From a virus (taxonomy: Duplodnaviria; Caudoviricetes), in the IMG/VR virus record IMGVR_UViG_3300020576_004053, positions 32,001 through 96,000 of that record: DNA of 64,000 nucleotides. One strand, written 5' to 3'. Under the pieces are notes generated by a model, which was not told the DNA's origin, made no database searches, and saw nothing but the letters and a program-made list of their open reading frames with translations. This document shows, one piece after another, positions 28,359 through 37,989 of this stretch. A program made the position numbers and the translations under genes. The first letter of the stretch is position 1, and the number at the start of each line of letters is the position of its first letter.

Positions 28359-28377
28359 AGTTACTCTCCGTGTTGCT

Positions 28378-28385
28378 TATACATA
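28378..28385 (-). promoter_or_regulatory. Putative late promoter TATGTATA
   Basis: In the 28-nt gap after the giant fibre gene. Confidence 0.6.
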
Positions 28386-28386
28386 G

Positions 28387-31300
28387 TTACAAATTGCTAA
28401 TATAGAATCCAAATGGACCAAATGCGATGTAATTGGCGATAACCTGTTTCATATCCGTGAATCCACCCGATACTTGTAATTTTGAGGAGGGATCATTAAT
28501 GGATACGCGACCCTGAATAGTCAATTGACCACCAGTAAACTGCATATAAGTAGATACCGATGATGTAGTTGCTGTACCGACACGGAAATTACCCAATCCA
28601 TCTGCATAGAAGCCCATACCGTTAGCTATACTATTTGCATTACCAAGTGCCAACAAACCATTTTGTGCAGAATCTAATACGATATTTCCACCGAATAGAC
28701 GGAATACATTGGCACGAATATTTAGGGTCTGCCCACCGAATGATAGGAAATTACCGGTCTGATTTTGTGGGGTCGTATAATCAACATTACTTCCGCTACC
28801 GATGAAGATCTGACCTGCATAATTTGCGTAGAATCCTTCCACTTGTGTAGACGGATTAAACGCCAACGGTGCAGGTTTACCAATGGCAATGAACGAGGTA
28901 TTGACTAAGAGTTGTTGTCCAGATACTGATGATGATAGATAGAAATCGCGAGATTTTACTATAAATGCACCACCGACCGTATATTGCAAGAAATCCGATC
29001 CAGTAGCATCCGTACCTACTCGGAAATTACCACCACCATCAGCATAAAATCCTTGCTTATTATTAAGTGTAATTAGTGAAGGATTATCACCTATTTTAAT
29101 CGCGTTTGCCACACCAGCAGATCCAGACACACCAATGATCTGCATACCACCAGCAAGCAAACTCATACGAGACGTACGAATATCCAATCCAACCGTTGGT
29201 GAATATCGTACATAGTCGTTCAATGACGACGTAGTAGCACCCACACGGAAATTTCCACCACCATCTACGTAGAATCCGGTACCAGATACAAATGATATGA
29301 TGCCGGGATTTGTACCTAATCTAATAACGTTTGTTGTTGCAGACGTAGGATCAGAAATTAATACCAGTCCACTAGAAGATACGATCATGCGCACCGTCTG
29401 CATTTGCAATCCTACAGACGGTGAATAACGGATGTAATCGCTGGCACTACCCGTTGTTGCCCCGACTCTGAACTGACCGGCACCGTCAGCATAGAATCCA
29501 TCGCCATTGGCCAATGTTATATTGGCAGGAGTTGCACCTAATTTAAGGACGTTCGCAGAAGCTACAGATGGATCTGATATCAGATTCAATCCACCGGCAA
29601 TGATACTTATACGCGTTGTATATACGTCCAATCCGACCGATGGAGAGTACCGTAAATAATCCACCGTACTACCAGTATTTGCACCCACTCGGAAATTACC
29701 AGCACCATCCACATATAGTCCAGTACCAGACGCAAACGACATGGTAGCAGGAGACGTACCAACCTTGATGTAGTTATTAACCGGAGTAGCATTTTCAGAT
29801 ACAATCTGCATGCCACTAGCAGTAATAAACACTCGGGTCGTACGAATATCCAATCCACCAGACACCGGAATGAATCGAATGAAATCTTGTACAGATCCAG
29901 ACGTATATCCGGCTCTCCAATTACCATCCCCATCCGCATAGAATCCGGTACCAGAGGTTAACGTCATCGTGCTTACGGATGGACCGACCTTGATCACATT
30001 CGCCACACCAACATTTTGATCGGATGTCAACTGAATACCACCAGCGACAATATTCATTCGTTTCGTTTGAATATCTAGACCAACGGACGGCAGGAATCTT
30101 ACATAATCCTGTGTACTCTGAGACGAGAATCCAACACGGAAATTACCATCACCATCCGCATAGAGTCCGGTTCCAGACAATAATGTGATAGTAGATTGAT
30201 TGTTTCCAATTTTCAATACGTTTGCAGCCGAATTGAGATTATCCGATGTTAATCGCAACGAACCTGCGACGACATTCAATCTCTGTGTCTGTACATCAAG
30301 TCCACCGCTGTTTGGAATATAACGAATATAATCTTGGGTTGTACCCGACGTATATCCTACACGGAAATTACCATCCCCATCCGCATAGAACCCTGTACCG
30401 GATAGTAGTGTAATGTTAAGTGGTGTTTGACCCAATTTAATGACGTTTGCAACAGCAATTGATGGATCTGAATTGATATACAGTCCACCCGCCAAAATAG
30501 TGGCACGAGTGGTCTGGATGGCCAATCCAGCAGCAGGAGAGTATCGTAGATAATCTGACATAGATGCGGTTTCAGCACCCACTCGGAAATTACCAGCCCC
30601 ATCCATGTACACGCCGGTACCAGATACGAACGACATGGTTGCAGGAGACGTACCTACCTTGATGAAGTTTAATACAGCAGCACCGGGATTAGATGAGATG
30701 TGCATACCACTTGCAGTGATATTGATTCGATTTGCTTGAATATCAAGTCCACCGGAGGATGGAATGAATCGAATATAATCCTGAAGTGTTCCCGACGTAT
30801 AACCTGCACGGAAATTGCCATCACCATCAGCATAAAAACCGGTACCAGAGATCAATGTCATGGTCGACGGAGTGGTACCAATTTTGATGACGTTTGCTGC
30901 ACCGAAGGTGCCAGACACACCGATGATTTGCATACCACCAGCTAGCAAACTCATACGAGTAGTATAGATATCTAATCCAACAGACGGTGAATATCTCAGA
31001 TAATCTACGAAACTACCAGTATTTGCACCCACTCGGAAATTACCAGCACCATCCATGTAAACACCTGTACCAGATGCGAACGACATGGTCGCTGGTGAGG
31101 TACCGATCTTAATGAAGTTCAGTACCGGTGCACCGGGGTTGGACGAGATATGCATACCGCTTGCCGTAATATTGATACGGTTTGCTTGAATATCCAATCC
31201 ACCCGACGCGGGTATGAAACGAATAAAGTCTTGTAGTGTTCCGGATGTATATCCTGCACGGAAATTGCCATTACCATCAGCATAAAAACCGGTGCCGGAT

Positions 31301-34300
31301 AGAATGGTCATGGTAGAAGGTGTCGTACCAATCTTGATGACGTTAGCGGCACCAAACGTACCAGATACACCAATAATCTGCATACCACCAGCCAAAAGAC
31401 CGATACGAGTGGTAACAATATCTAAACCAATTGCAGGAGAATATCGAATGAAATCGGATACTGAACCGGTGGTTGCGCCAACGCGTATTTGACCAGCACC
31501 ATCAGCATAGAAACCGGTACCAGACACGAATGAGATATTTCCGGGAGAGGTTCCTATTTTTACAAAGTTGTTAGTCAATACTGCCGTATCAGATGCAATA
31601 TGCAATCCGCTAGCAGAAATATTCACCCGCGATGTTTGTAGATCCAGTCCACCAGATGCTGGAATAAAGCGCAGATAATCTTGAGTTGACGCAGAGGTGT
31701 AACCGACGCGGAAGTTACCGGCACCATCAGCATAGAAACCGGTACCAGATAGCAACGTCATTGTGGTTGGTGTAGTACCTACCTTGATGACGTTTGCTAC
31801 TCCCACCGATGGATCGGACAACAACTGCATACCACCAGCGATAATATTCATACGAGTCGTATAAACATCCAACCCAACTGATGGAGAGTATCGTAAGTAA
31901 TCGGACGTACTACCCGTGTTTGCACCCACTCGGAAATTACCAGCACCATCCATGTAAACACCTGTACCAGATGCGAACGACATGGTCGCTGGTGAGGTAC
32001 CGATCTTAATGAAGTTCAGTACCGGTGCACCGGGGTTGGACGAGATATGCATACCACTTGCAGTGATATTGATTCGATTTGCTTGAATATCAAGTCCACC
32101 AGACGCCGGTATGAAACGAATGAAATCTTGAATCGTTCCAGAGGTATATCCCATTCTGATATTACCACCACCATCAGCATAGAAACCAGTACCAGATATC
32201 AACGTCATGGTGGACGGTGTAGTACCGATCTTAATGGTATTTGCAATCCCAGTAGAACCAGACACACCGATAATAGAGATACCACCAGCCAATAAATTGA
32301 TGCTAGACGCAATAACTTCCAATCCACTTGTTTTGCTGTATCGAATATAATCTGCGCCACTACCGGTTGAGGCATTACCTACGCGGAAATTACTATCTCC
32401 GTCCATATACACACCAGCACCACTGGTTAATGTAATGGCCGTTGGGTTTGAACCGATCTTGATAACATTCGCAGATGGTGTAGTTGGATCAGATAGCAAC
32501 TGCATACCACCCGCAGTAATATTCATGCGAGATGTTATGATATCCGTTCCATTAGACGGGCTAAATCTGAAATAATCTGTAGTTGTTCCAACTCGGAAAT
32601 TACCGTCACCATCTACATAAAATCCAGTATTTGCAGCAAATGTAATGGCAGTTGGAGAATTACCAACTTTGATTGTATTAGCAGACGCTATAGATGGATC
32701 GGACAACAACTGCATACCACCAGCCGTAATATTCATACGCTTCGTAAGAATATCCAAACCAACCGATGGTGAATATCGTACATAATCAGACAATGACGCA
32801 GTATTTTCACCGACACGGAAGTTACCAGCCCCATCCATGTACACACCGGTACCAGATACGAACGAAATTAAACTCGGAGATCCACCAACTTTGATGTAGT
32901 TATTAGCCGCAACGGTTCCTTCTGATACGATATTCATACCAGAAGCCGTAATAAACACTCGGGTCGTCTGAATATCAAGTCCACCAGACGCCGGTATGAA
33001 ACGAATGAAATCTTGAATCGTTCCAGAGGTATATCCCACACGGAAGTTACCCGCGCCATCGGCATAAAATCCTGTTCCGGAAATCAATGTCATGGTGGAC
33101 GGTGTGGTGCCTATCTTGATGAAATTACCAACACCTACCGTACCAGATACACCAGATAGTTGAATTCCACCGGCTATTAATGCAATACGAGACGTTTGTA
33201 GATCTAACCCAGTAGACGGACCATATCGTAAGAAATCTACACCACTCCCAGTTGTTGCTTGACCAACTCGTAGATTTCCACCACCATCTACATAGAATCC
33301 AGCACCATTTGTAAATGAAATGGCGGTAGGATTTGGACCAACTTTAATGGCGTTAGAAGTACCAATAGTGGTATCGGACAACAACTGCATACCACCAGCC
33401 GTAATATTCATACGCTTCGTAAGAATATCCAAACCGACCGAAGGTGAATATCTCAGATAGTCAGATAGCGATGCGGTTTCAGATCCAACGCGGAAATTAC
33501 CAGCACCATCAGCATAGAAACCGGTACCAGACACGAATGACATAGTCGCTGGTGACGTACCGATCTTAATGAAATTACTTGCAGGTACCGTACCTTCGGA
33601 CGCGATGTGCATACCGCTAGCAGTGATATTAATACGTGTTGTTTGAATATCCAATCCACCAGACATCGGAATGAATCGTAGATAATCTCGCAACAACGTT
33701 GACCCCGATGTATATCCCACACGGAAATTGCCATCCCCATCCGCATAAAACCCTGTTCCTGATATTAACGTTGAATTTGCAGCATTTGTGCCCAATTTAA
33801 TAACATTTAACGATCCAGACGCCGGATGTCCCAAGAGATACATCCCACCAACGTCCATGTTAAATTGGTATGAGGCAATACGTACCTGAGACGGTGACAC
33901 ATAGATATATGATCCAGATGGTGTACCGGCTCTGAATGTACCTCCACCATTCATGTACACACCAGATCCCGATGTTTCACTTAATACACCACCTAACATC
34001 ATGACGTTATTAGCGGCTGATGACGTAGCCGCTAATAGGAATCCAGATGCTGAAAGATATAATAGCTTAGAACGAACAACAAATGCGCCATTCGCCAATC
34101 CAACCATTTCAGAATATGGATCGTTTACATTTCCTGTATATGATGCAGAATTTGCAATTCGGAATTGACCGACCGCATTAATAAGCACCGGCCAATCATT
34201 CTGTGCCTTATTGTAAAAACCCATTGACGACGTTTCTAAATACAATCCGTTAATGAGTTTTGACGCATCTGCTACTTGTGGTCGCTGAATACGATTAAAT

Positions 34301-37300
34301 GCATCAAGAATAGATGCAGTTGTAATAGCTAATGCCGATGAGCCAGAGATGGACTGAATCTGTGCAGCAAGAGACGCAGAATACGCTGCTGCCTGTTGTG
34401 CTAATGAAGCAGAATTAGAAATATCAATAATTGCCAACGATGCAGACGCAGAAAACAGATTGGTCGTTGACTGTGCTAATGAAGCTGATGTTGCTACTGC
34501 AAATGCGGCTAGTGATGCAGAACCGGCTGATGCTTGTTGTGACAACGACGCGGAATAGCTTAGATCTTGGGCAACTAAGGATGCCGATGCGATAGAAATG
34601 CGAGACGCCAATGAAGCAGAATTGGAGATATCAATTGCCGCCAATGATGCTGATGCAGCAAACAAATTAGTCGTAGACTGTGCTAATGACGAAGATGTAG
34701 CTATCGCAAATGCCGCCAACGATGCAGAACCAGCAGATGCTTGTTGAGACAATGAGGCAGAATAGCTCAAATCCTGAGCAACTAAGGATGCCGACGCAAC
34801 AGAAATACGCTGTGCCAATGAAGCCGACGTAGATACATCATATAATGCCAATGAGGCAGAATATAGACTTGCTTGCTGTGACAATGATGCCGAATTCGAA
34901 ATATCAATTGCAGCCAAGGACGCAGATGCAGTGAATAAATTCGTCGTTGACTGTGCCAACGATGCCGATGTAGACACAGCAAATGCCGCAAGAGACGCCG
35001 ATCCTACTGATGCCTGTTGTGATAGTGATGCAGAATAGCTTATATCCTGCGCAATTAATGATGCGGATACCGCAGAAATGCGTGCAGCAAGAGACGATGT
35101 AATAGAGATCGCATATGCTGCTAGCGATGCTGAATTCAACGATGCTTGCTGTGCCAACGATGCAGAATTAGAAATATCGATAATTGCTAGCGATGCAGAT
35201 GCGGCATAGAAATTGTTCGTTGTTTGTGCAAGCGATGCAGAGGTAGATACCGCTAGAGCCGCTAATGATGCTGAAGTCAGTGCCGCTTGTTGTGCTAAGG
35301 ACGAAGAATAACTTACGTCTTGAGCAACCAATGATGCCGATGCTAGCGAAATACGCTGTGCTAATGATGCCGATGTAGCAATATCATACGCCGCCAACGA
35401 GGCAGAGTATGCTGATGCCTGTTGTGATAACGACGCAGAATTAGAAACTGCATCGGCAATAATAGAGGCCGACGCAATAAACAATATATATTGCTGATAT
35501 GCTAAGGATGCGGAATACGCTACTGCCTGAGCCGCTAATGACGCCGAATAAACTGACGCCTGTTGTGCAGCCGATGCAGATACCGCAACGTCGGCAATTA
35601 CCAACGATGCCGATGTTGCCGCGATGGTTTGAGACAATGACGCAGTTATAGATACTGCATATGCCGCTAATGACGCCGAATTTAACGACGCTTGCTGTGC
35701 TAACGAGGCAGATAACGATGCAGTATTAAATGCTTGAACACTACTTGATACCAATATCAGTTGTTGTGCCAATGATGCCGATGTCGCAACTGCATGTGCC
35801 GCCAATGATGCTGAATAAATTGACGCCTGTTGTGCTAGTGATGCGGAATATGATACCTGCTGCGCCAATAATATTGACGCAGAATAGTTCAAATTGAATG
35901 ATGAGCTAACCAATGCCGCCGTTGCGGTTTCAATAGAATATGCTTGATCGAATCCAGAGCCAGAGATAAGATCCAGCACATTAAACCACGTGCTACCTCC
36001 CCCCACTTGTACAGCGAAGGTTCCACTTACCACCACATCAAAGTTAGATCCAGAATAGCTACCAACCAGTTTATCACCAAGTGAAAAAATGCTACCTGAT
36101 GCGTCGGTATTTCCCAAATAGAATGGAGTATCGATGTTACCGGGATTGCCGCCGCCCGCATAAATAGCACCACCAGACGTTGGACTATTAGATGTAATAG
36201 TTAACCCAGATCCACTTGCTCCAACAGTCAGCGTTCCATCAATACGACTATCACCGCCCTTCAAAATCGTATTACCACCATCTATATACAATGGCGCACT
36301 TTCAATAGTAACGGGTACCATATTACTATTGACATCGAACAACTCAGCCTTAAACACCACTCGTTCGAATCGTCGTCCGGTTATTGGAGTAATGATTCGA
36401 ATTTCGTCTGGATTAAACCCCGTTTCTCGCGCAGATTTGAGCGTGATATCGGAAATATACCAATCACCACTATATACGACGAAATACAACTTAGCGGTGC
36501 CATCGCGTATGCCGACTACATTTTTGGTCGAATCTAAGAAGAATTGTTGTGTTTTACCAGCCGGGATAACATATGACGCAATTTTAGTACCTAATGGATT
36601 TTGCGATGCTGATGGAAACGCAGTACCAAATACATACACATCCATCCGAGCTTCAACCGTCGAATCCTGTTTAGTACCGTATAAAGATGCGCCAAATGTA
36701 TATTCCAATCCCTTGAAAAATGATAACTCTGGGATACTGCCAATATATGCCTGTGCAACCGATGATGCTGACGCAAATGCACCGGTCGGTTGACTGATAT
36801 ACATTGAGTCCAGTAACACATCGGCGTTATAGCTAGCCGTGACACCAGTTGTAAGACCATATTGCACCCCACCAGTAACAGTACCAGCCGTCCAGTATGA
36901 ATCGATGACAGATTGACTAGTAATCAATCCCATTCGAATCGACTGATCCCCTGTGACGGAGGATTGCGTCATCAATAAATCCGTCTCTTCTAATGAAACA
37001 TCGGTTAGAAGCTGATAATTTCCCGGCTGATCGACGCTGCGTATATACAGTTTGGCCCGTGCAATATCACCGGAAAACGTCTGTAATTTTGCAATATGCA
37101 CATTTGCAAAGGATCGGACTAAATTCGTTGAAATAAATGATGGGCTTGCCAAATACCGAACTGTATAGGATGGCAGCGTCACGTTCGCCAAATATCCACC
37201 CGTACTTGCGGTAGGGATTGTATTGAGCGTGATAGTGGACGTATTGATAACATCGGTAATGGATGCCGTGAATGGAGCGCCATTTAGTGTGGTCATAAAC

Positions 37301-37908
37301 GGCGCGTCGACCATATCACGATTGAAGGACGCACCGGACAATACCACGGTGGCGCTTCGACCAATTAACGTTGCCGTACCGCTCGTCTGATCAACGATGC
37401 TACCAGTTACCGCATCTCGGTAAGGTGCCAATAGCTCAACGGGAGTAATTACCGGTTGCGCATATAACCGTATAGGCGTCGTGTTAGCCTTATACGGATT
37501 AATTTGGATTTTGGTAGACCATTTTACGTTATATGCACCCTTAAACTCTTTGGGTGGCACATTGCCCTGTTCATCAGTTTTAAGCTGACCTAAAATGGTT
37601 ACGGTTGCCAGCCCCGGTGCGGTATCCTTATATACTTCAATTGACACCAGCCGAGCCAATCCTTCCGTGTAATTACGAATAGGTTGACTAAATACTACAT
37701 TACCAGCGGAATCTACGATTTCAACGAGTACATCGGTATCTGCTACCAACTCGGTTGAACCGTTTATAAGGAACGCATTTTTACCACTCGTCAATACGTC
37801 GGGGACTTGTGACAGTCGAAAGTATCGCGAGGTAGGGGCCGTATCTACTATCCAAACTCTATATTTTTCTAAATTTAGCGGAAATACTGATTTCTGTAGC
37901 TTTGGCAT
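28387..37908 (-). CDS. Giant tail fibre/baseplate appendage protein (3173 aa)
   Basis: N-terminal globular beta region, 11-residue SASLA repeat stalk, about 25 repeats of ~74 aa (GFYADGxGNFRVG). Confidence 0.8.
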   Translation of the reverse strand: MPKLQKSVFPLNLEKYRVWIVDTAPTSRYFRLSQVPDVLTSGKNAFLINGSTELVADTDVLVEIVDSAGNVVFSQPIRNYTEGLARLVSIEVYKDTAPGLATVTILGQLKTDEQGNVPPKEFKGAYNVKWSTKIQINPYKANTTPIRLYAQPVITPVELLAPYRDAVTGSIVDQTSGTATLIGRSATVVLSGASFNRDMVDAPFMTTLNGAPFTASITDVINTSTITLNTIPTASTGGYLANVTLPSYTVRYLASPSFISTNLVRSFANVHIAKLQTFSGDIARAKLYIRSVDQPGNYQLLTDVSLEETDLLMTQSSVTGDQSIRMGLITSQSVIDSYWTAGTVTGGVQYGLTTGVTASYNADVLLDSMYISQPTGAFASASSVAQAYIGSIPELSFFKGLEYTFGASLYGTKQDSTVEARMDVYVFGTAFPSASQNPLGTKIASYVIPAGKTQQFFLDSTKNVVGIRDGTAKLYFVVYSGDWYISDITLKSARETGFNPDEIRIITPITGRRFERVVFKAELFDVNSNMVPVTIESAPLYIDGGNTILKGGDSRIDGTLTVGASGSGLTITSNSPTSGGAIYAGGGNPGNIDTPFYLGNTDASGSIFSLGDKLVGSYSGSNFDVVVSGTFAVQVGGGSTWFNVLDLISGSGFDQAYSIETATAALVSSSFNLNYSASILLAQQVSYSASLAQQASIYSASLAAHAVATSASLAQQLILVSSSVQAFNTASLSASLAQQASLNSASLAAYAVSITASLSQTIAATSASLVIADVAVSASAAQQASVYSASLAAQAVAYSASLAYQQYILFIASASIIADAVSNSASLSQQASAYSASLAAYDIATSASLAQRISLASASLVAQDVSYSSSLAQQAALTSASLAALAVSTSASLAQTTNNFYAASASLAIIDISNSASLAQQASLNSASLAAYAISITSSLAARISAVSASLIAQDISYSASLSQQASVGSASLAAFAVSTSASLAQSTTNLFTASASLAAIDISNSASLSQQASLYSASLALYDVSTSASLAQRISVASASLVAQDLSYSASLSQQASAGSASLAAFAIATSSSLAQSTTNLFAASASLAAIDISNSASLASRISIASASLVAQDLSYSASLSQQASAGSASLAAFAVATSASLAQSTTNLFSASASLAIIDISNSASLAQQAAAYSASLAAQIQSISGSSALAITTASILDAFNRIQRPQVADASKLINGLYLETSSMGFYNKAQNDWPVLINAVGQFRIANSASYTGNVNDPYSEMVGLANGAFVVRSKLLYLSASGFLLAATSSAANNVMMLGGVLSETSGSGVYMNGGGTFRAGTPSGSYIYVSPSQVRIASYQFNMDVGGMYLLGHPASGSLNVIKLGTNAANSTLISGTGFYADGDGNFRVGYTSGSTLLRDYLRFIPMSGGLDIQTTRINITASGMHIASEGTVPASNFIKIGTSPATMSFVSGTGFYADGAGNFRVGSETASLSDYLRYSPSVGLDILTKRMNITAGGMQLLSDTTIGTSNAIKVGPNPTAISFTNGAGFYVDGGGNLRVGQATTGSGVDFLRYGPSTGLDLQTSRIALIAGGIQLSGVSGTVGVGNFIKIGTTPSTMTLISGTGFYADGAGNFRVGYTSGTIQDFIRFIPASGGLDIQTTRVFITASGMNIVSEGTVAANNYIKVGGSPSLISFVSGTGVYMDGAGNFRVGENTASLSDYVRYSPSVGLDILTKRMNITAGGMQLLSDPSIASANTIKVGNSPTAITFAANTGFYVDGDGNFRVGTTTDYFRFSPSNGTDIITSRMNITAGGMQLLSDPTTPSANVIKIGSNPTAITLTSGAGVYMDGDSNFRVGNASTGSGADYIRYSKTSGLEVIASSINLLAGGISIIGVSGSTGIANTIKIGTTPSTMTLISGTGFYADGGGNIRMGYTSGTIQDFIRFIPASGGLDIQANRINITASGMHISSNPGAPVLNFIKIGTSPATMSFASGTGVYMDGAGNFRVGANTGSTSDYLRYSPSVGLDVYTTRMNIIAGGMQLLSDPSVGVANVIKVGTTPTTMTLLSGTGFYADGAGNFRVGYTSASTQDYLRFIPASGGLDLQTSRVNISASGLHIASDTAVLTNNFVKIGTSPGNISFVSGTGFYADGAGQIRVGATTGSVSDFIRYSPAIGLDIVTTRIGLLAGGMQIIGVSGTFGAANVIKIGTTPSTMTILSGTGFYADGNGNFRAGYTSGTLQDFIRFIPASGGLDIQANRINITASGMHISSNPGAPVLNFIKIGTSPATMSFASGTGVYMDGAGNFRVGANTGSFVDYLRYSPSVGLDIYTTRMSLLAGGMQIIGVSGTFGAANVIKIGTTPSTMTLISGTGFYADGDGNFRAGYTSGTLQDYIRFIPSSGGLDIQANRINITASGMHISSNPGAAVLNFIKVGTSPATMSFVSGTGVYMDGAGNFRVGAETASMSDYLRYSPAAGLAIQTTRATILAGGLYINSDPSIAVANVIKLGQTPLNITLLSGTGFYADGDGNFRVGYTSGTTQDYIRYIPNSGGLDVQTQRLNVVAGSLRLTSDNLNSAANVLKIGNNQSTITLLSGTGLYADGDGNFRVGFSSQSTQDYVRFLPSVGLDIQTKRMNIVAGGIQLTSDQNVGVANVIKVGPSVSTMTLTSGTGFYADGDGNWRAGYTSGSVQDFIRFIPVSGGLDIRTTRVFITASGMQIVSENATPVNNYIKVGTSPATMSFASGTGLYVDGAGNFRVGANTGSTVDYLRYSPSVGLDVYTTRISIIAGGLNLISDPSVASANVLKLGATPANITLANGDGFYADGAGQFRVGATTGSASDYIRYSPSVGLQMQTVRMIVSSSGLVLISDPTSATTNVIRLGTNPGIISFVSGTGFYVDGGGNFRVGATTSSLNDYVRYSPTVGLDIRTSRMSLLAGGMQIIGVSGSAGVANAIKIGDNPSLITLNNKQGFYADGGGNFRVGTDATGSDFLQYTVGGAFIVKSRDFYLSSSVSGQQLLVNTSFIAIGKPAPLAFNPSTQVEGFYANYAGQIFIGSGSNVDYTTPQNQTGNFLSFGGQTLNIRANVFRLFGGNIVLDSAQNGLLALGNANSIANGMGFYADGLGNFRVGTATTSSVSTYMQFTGGQLTIQGRVSINDPSSKLQVSGGFTDMKQVIANYIAFGPFGFYISNL
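31022..31158. repeat. 137-nt exact direct repeat, copy 1 (copy 2 at 31919-32055) inside giant fibre gene
   Basis: Base-by-base identity, offset 897 nt (in frame). Confidence 0.85.
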
Positions 37909-37930
37909 TAAGATCCCTGTTAAACCTCAC

Positions 37931-37938
37931 TATAAATA
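37931..37938 (-). promoter_or_regulatory. Putative late promoter TATTTATA (giant fibre gene)
   Basis: Immediately after terminator hairpin. Confidence 0.7.
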
Positions 37939-37971
37939 TTGAGTAGGGGCATAAATAATACCCCTACTCAA
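37939..37971 (-). terminator. Hairpin after the SbcC-type gene, adjacent to the promoter box of the giant fibre gene
   Basis: TTGAGTAGGGG / CCCCTACTCAA 11-bp perfect inverted repeat. Confidence 0.75.
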
Positions 37972-37989
37972 CATTCAGTTCCTTTTGGC

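Noticed and set aside
28355-28370. 16-nt identity (GCATAGTTACTCTCCG) with 62865-62880
   Set aside because: Both are RBS-plus-ATG regions; convergence on a favoured initiation context is the simpler explanation
28387-34100. CRISPR array or DGR template/variable repeat pair
   Set aside because: Repeats are in-frame protein repeats; the 137-nt copies are identical with no adenine-specific differences; no reverse transcriptase in the window
34320-35900. Tape measure protein call based on 11-residue periodicity
   Set aside because: The segment is internal to a mostly beta-repeat protein and lies far from the tube/sheath genes
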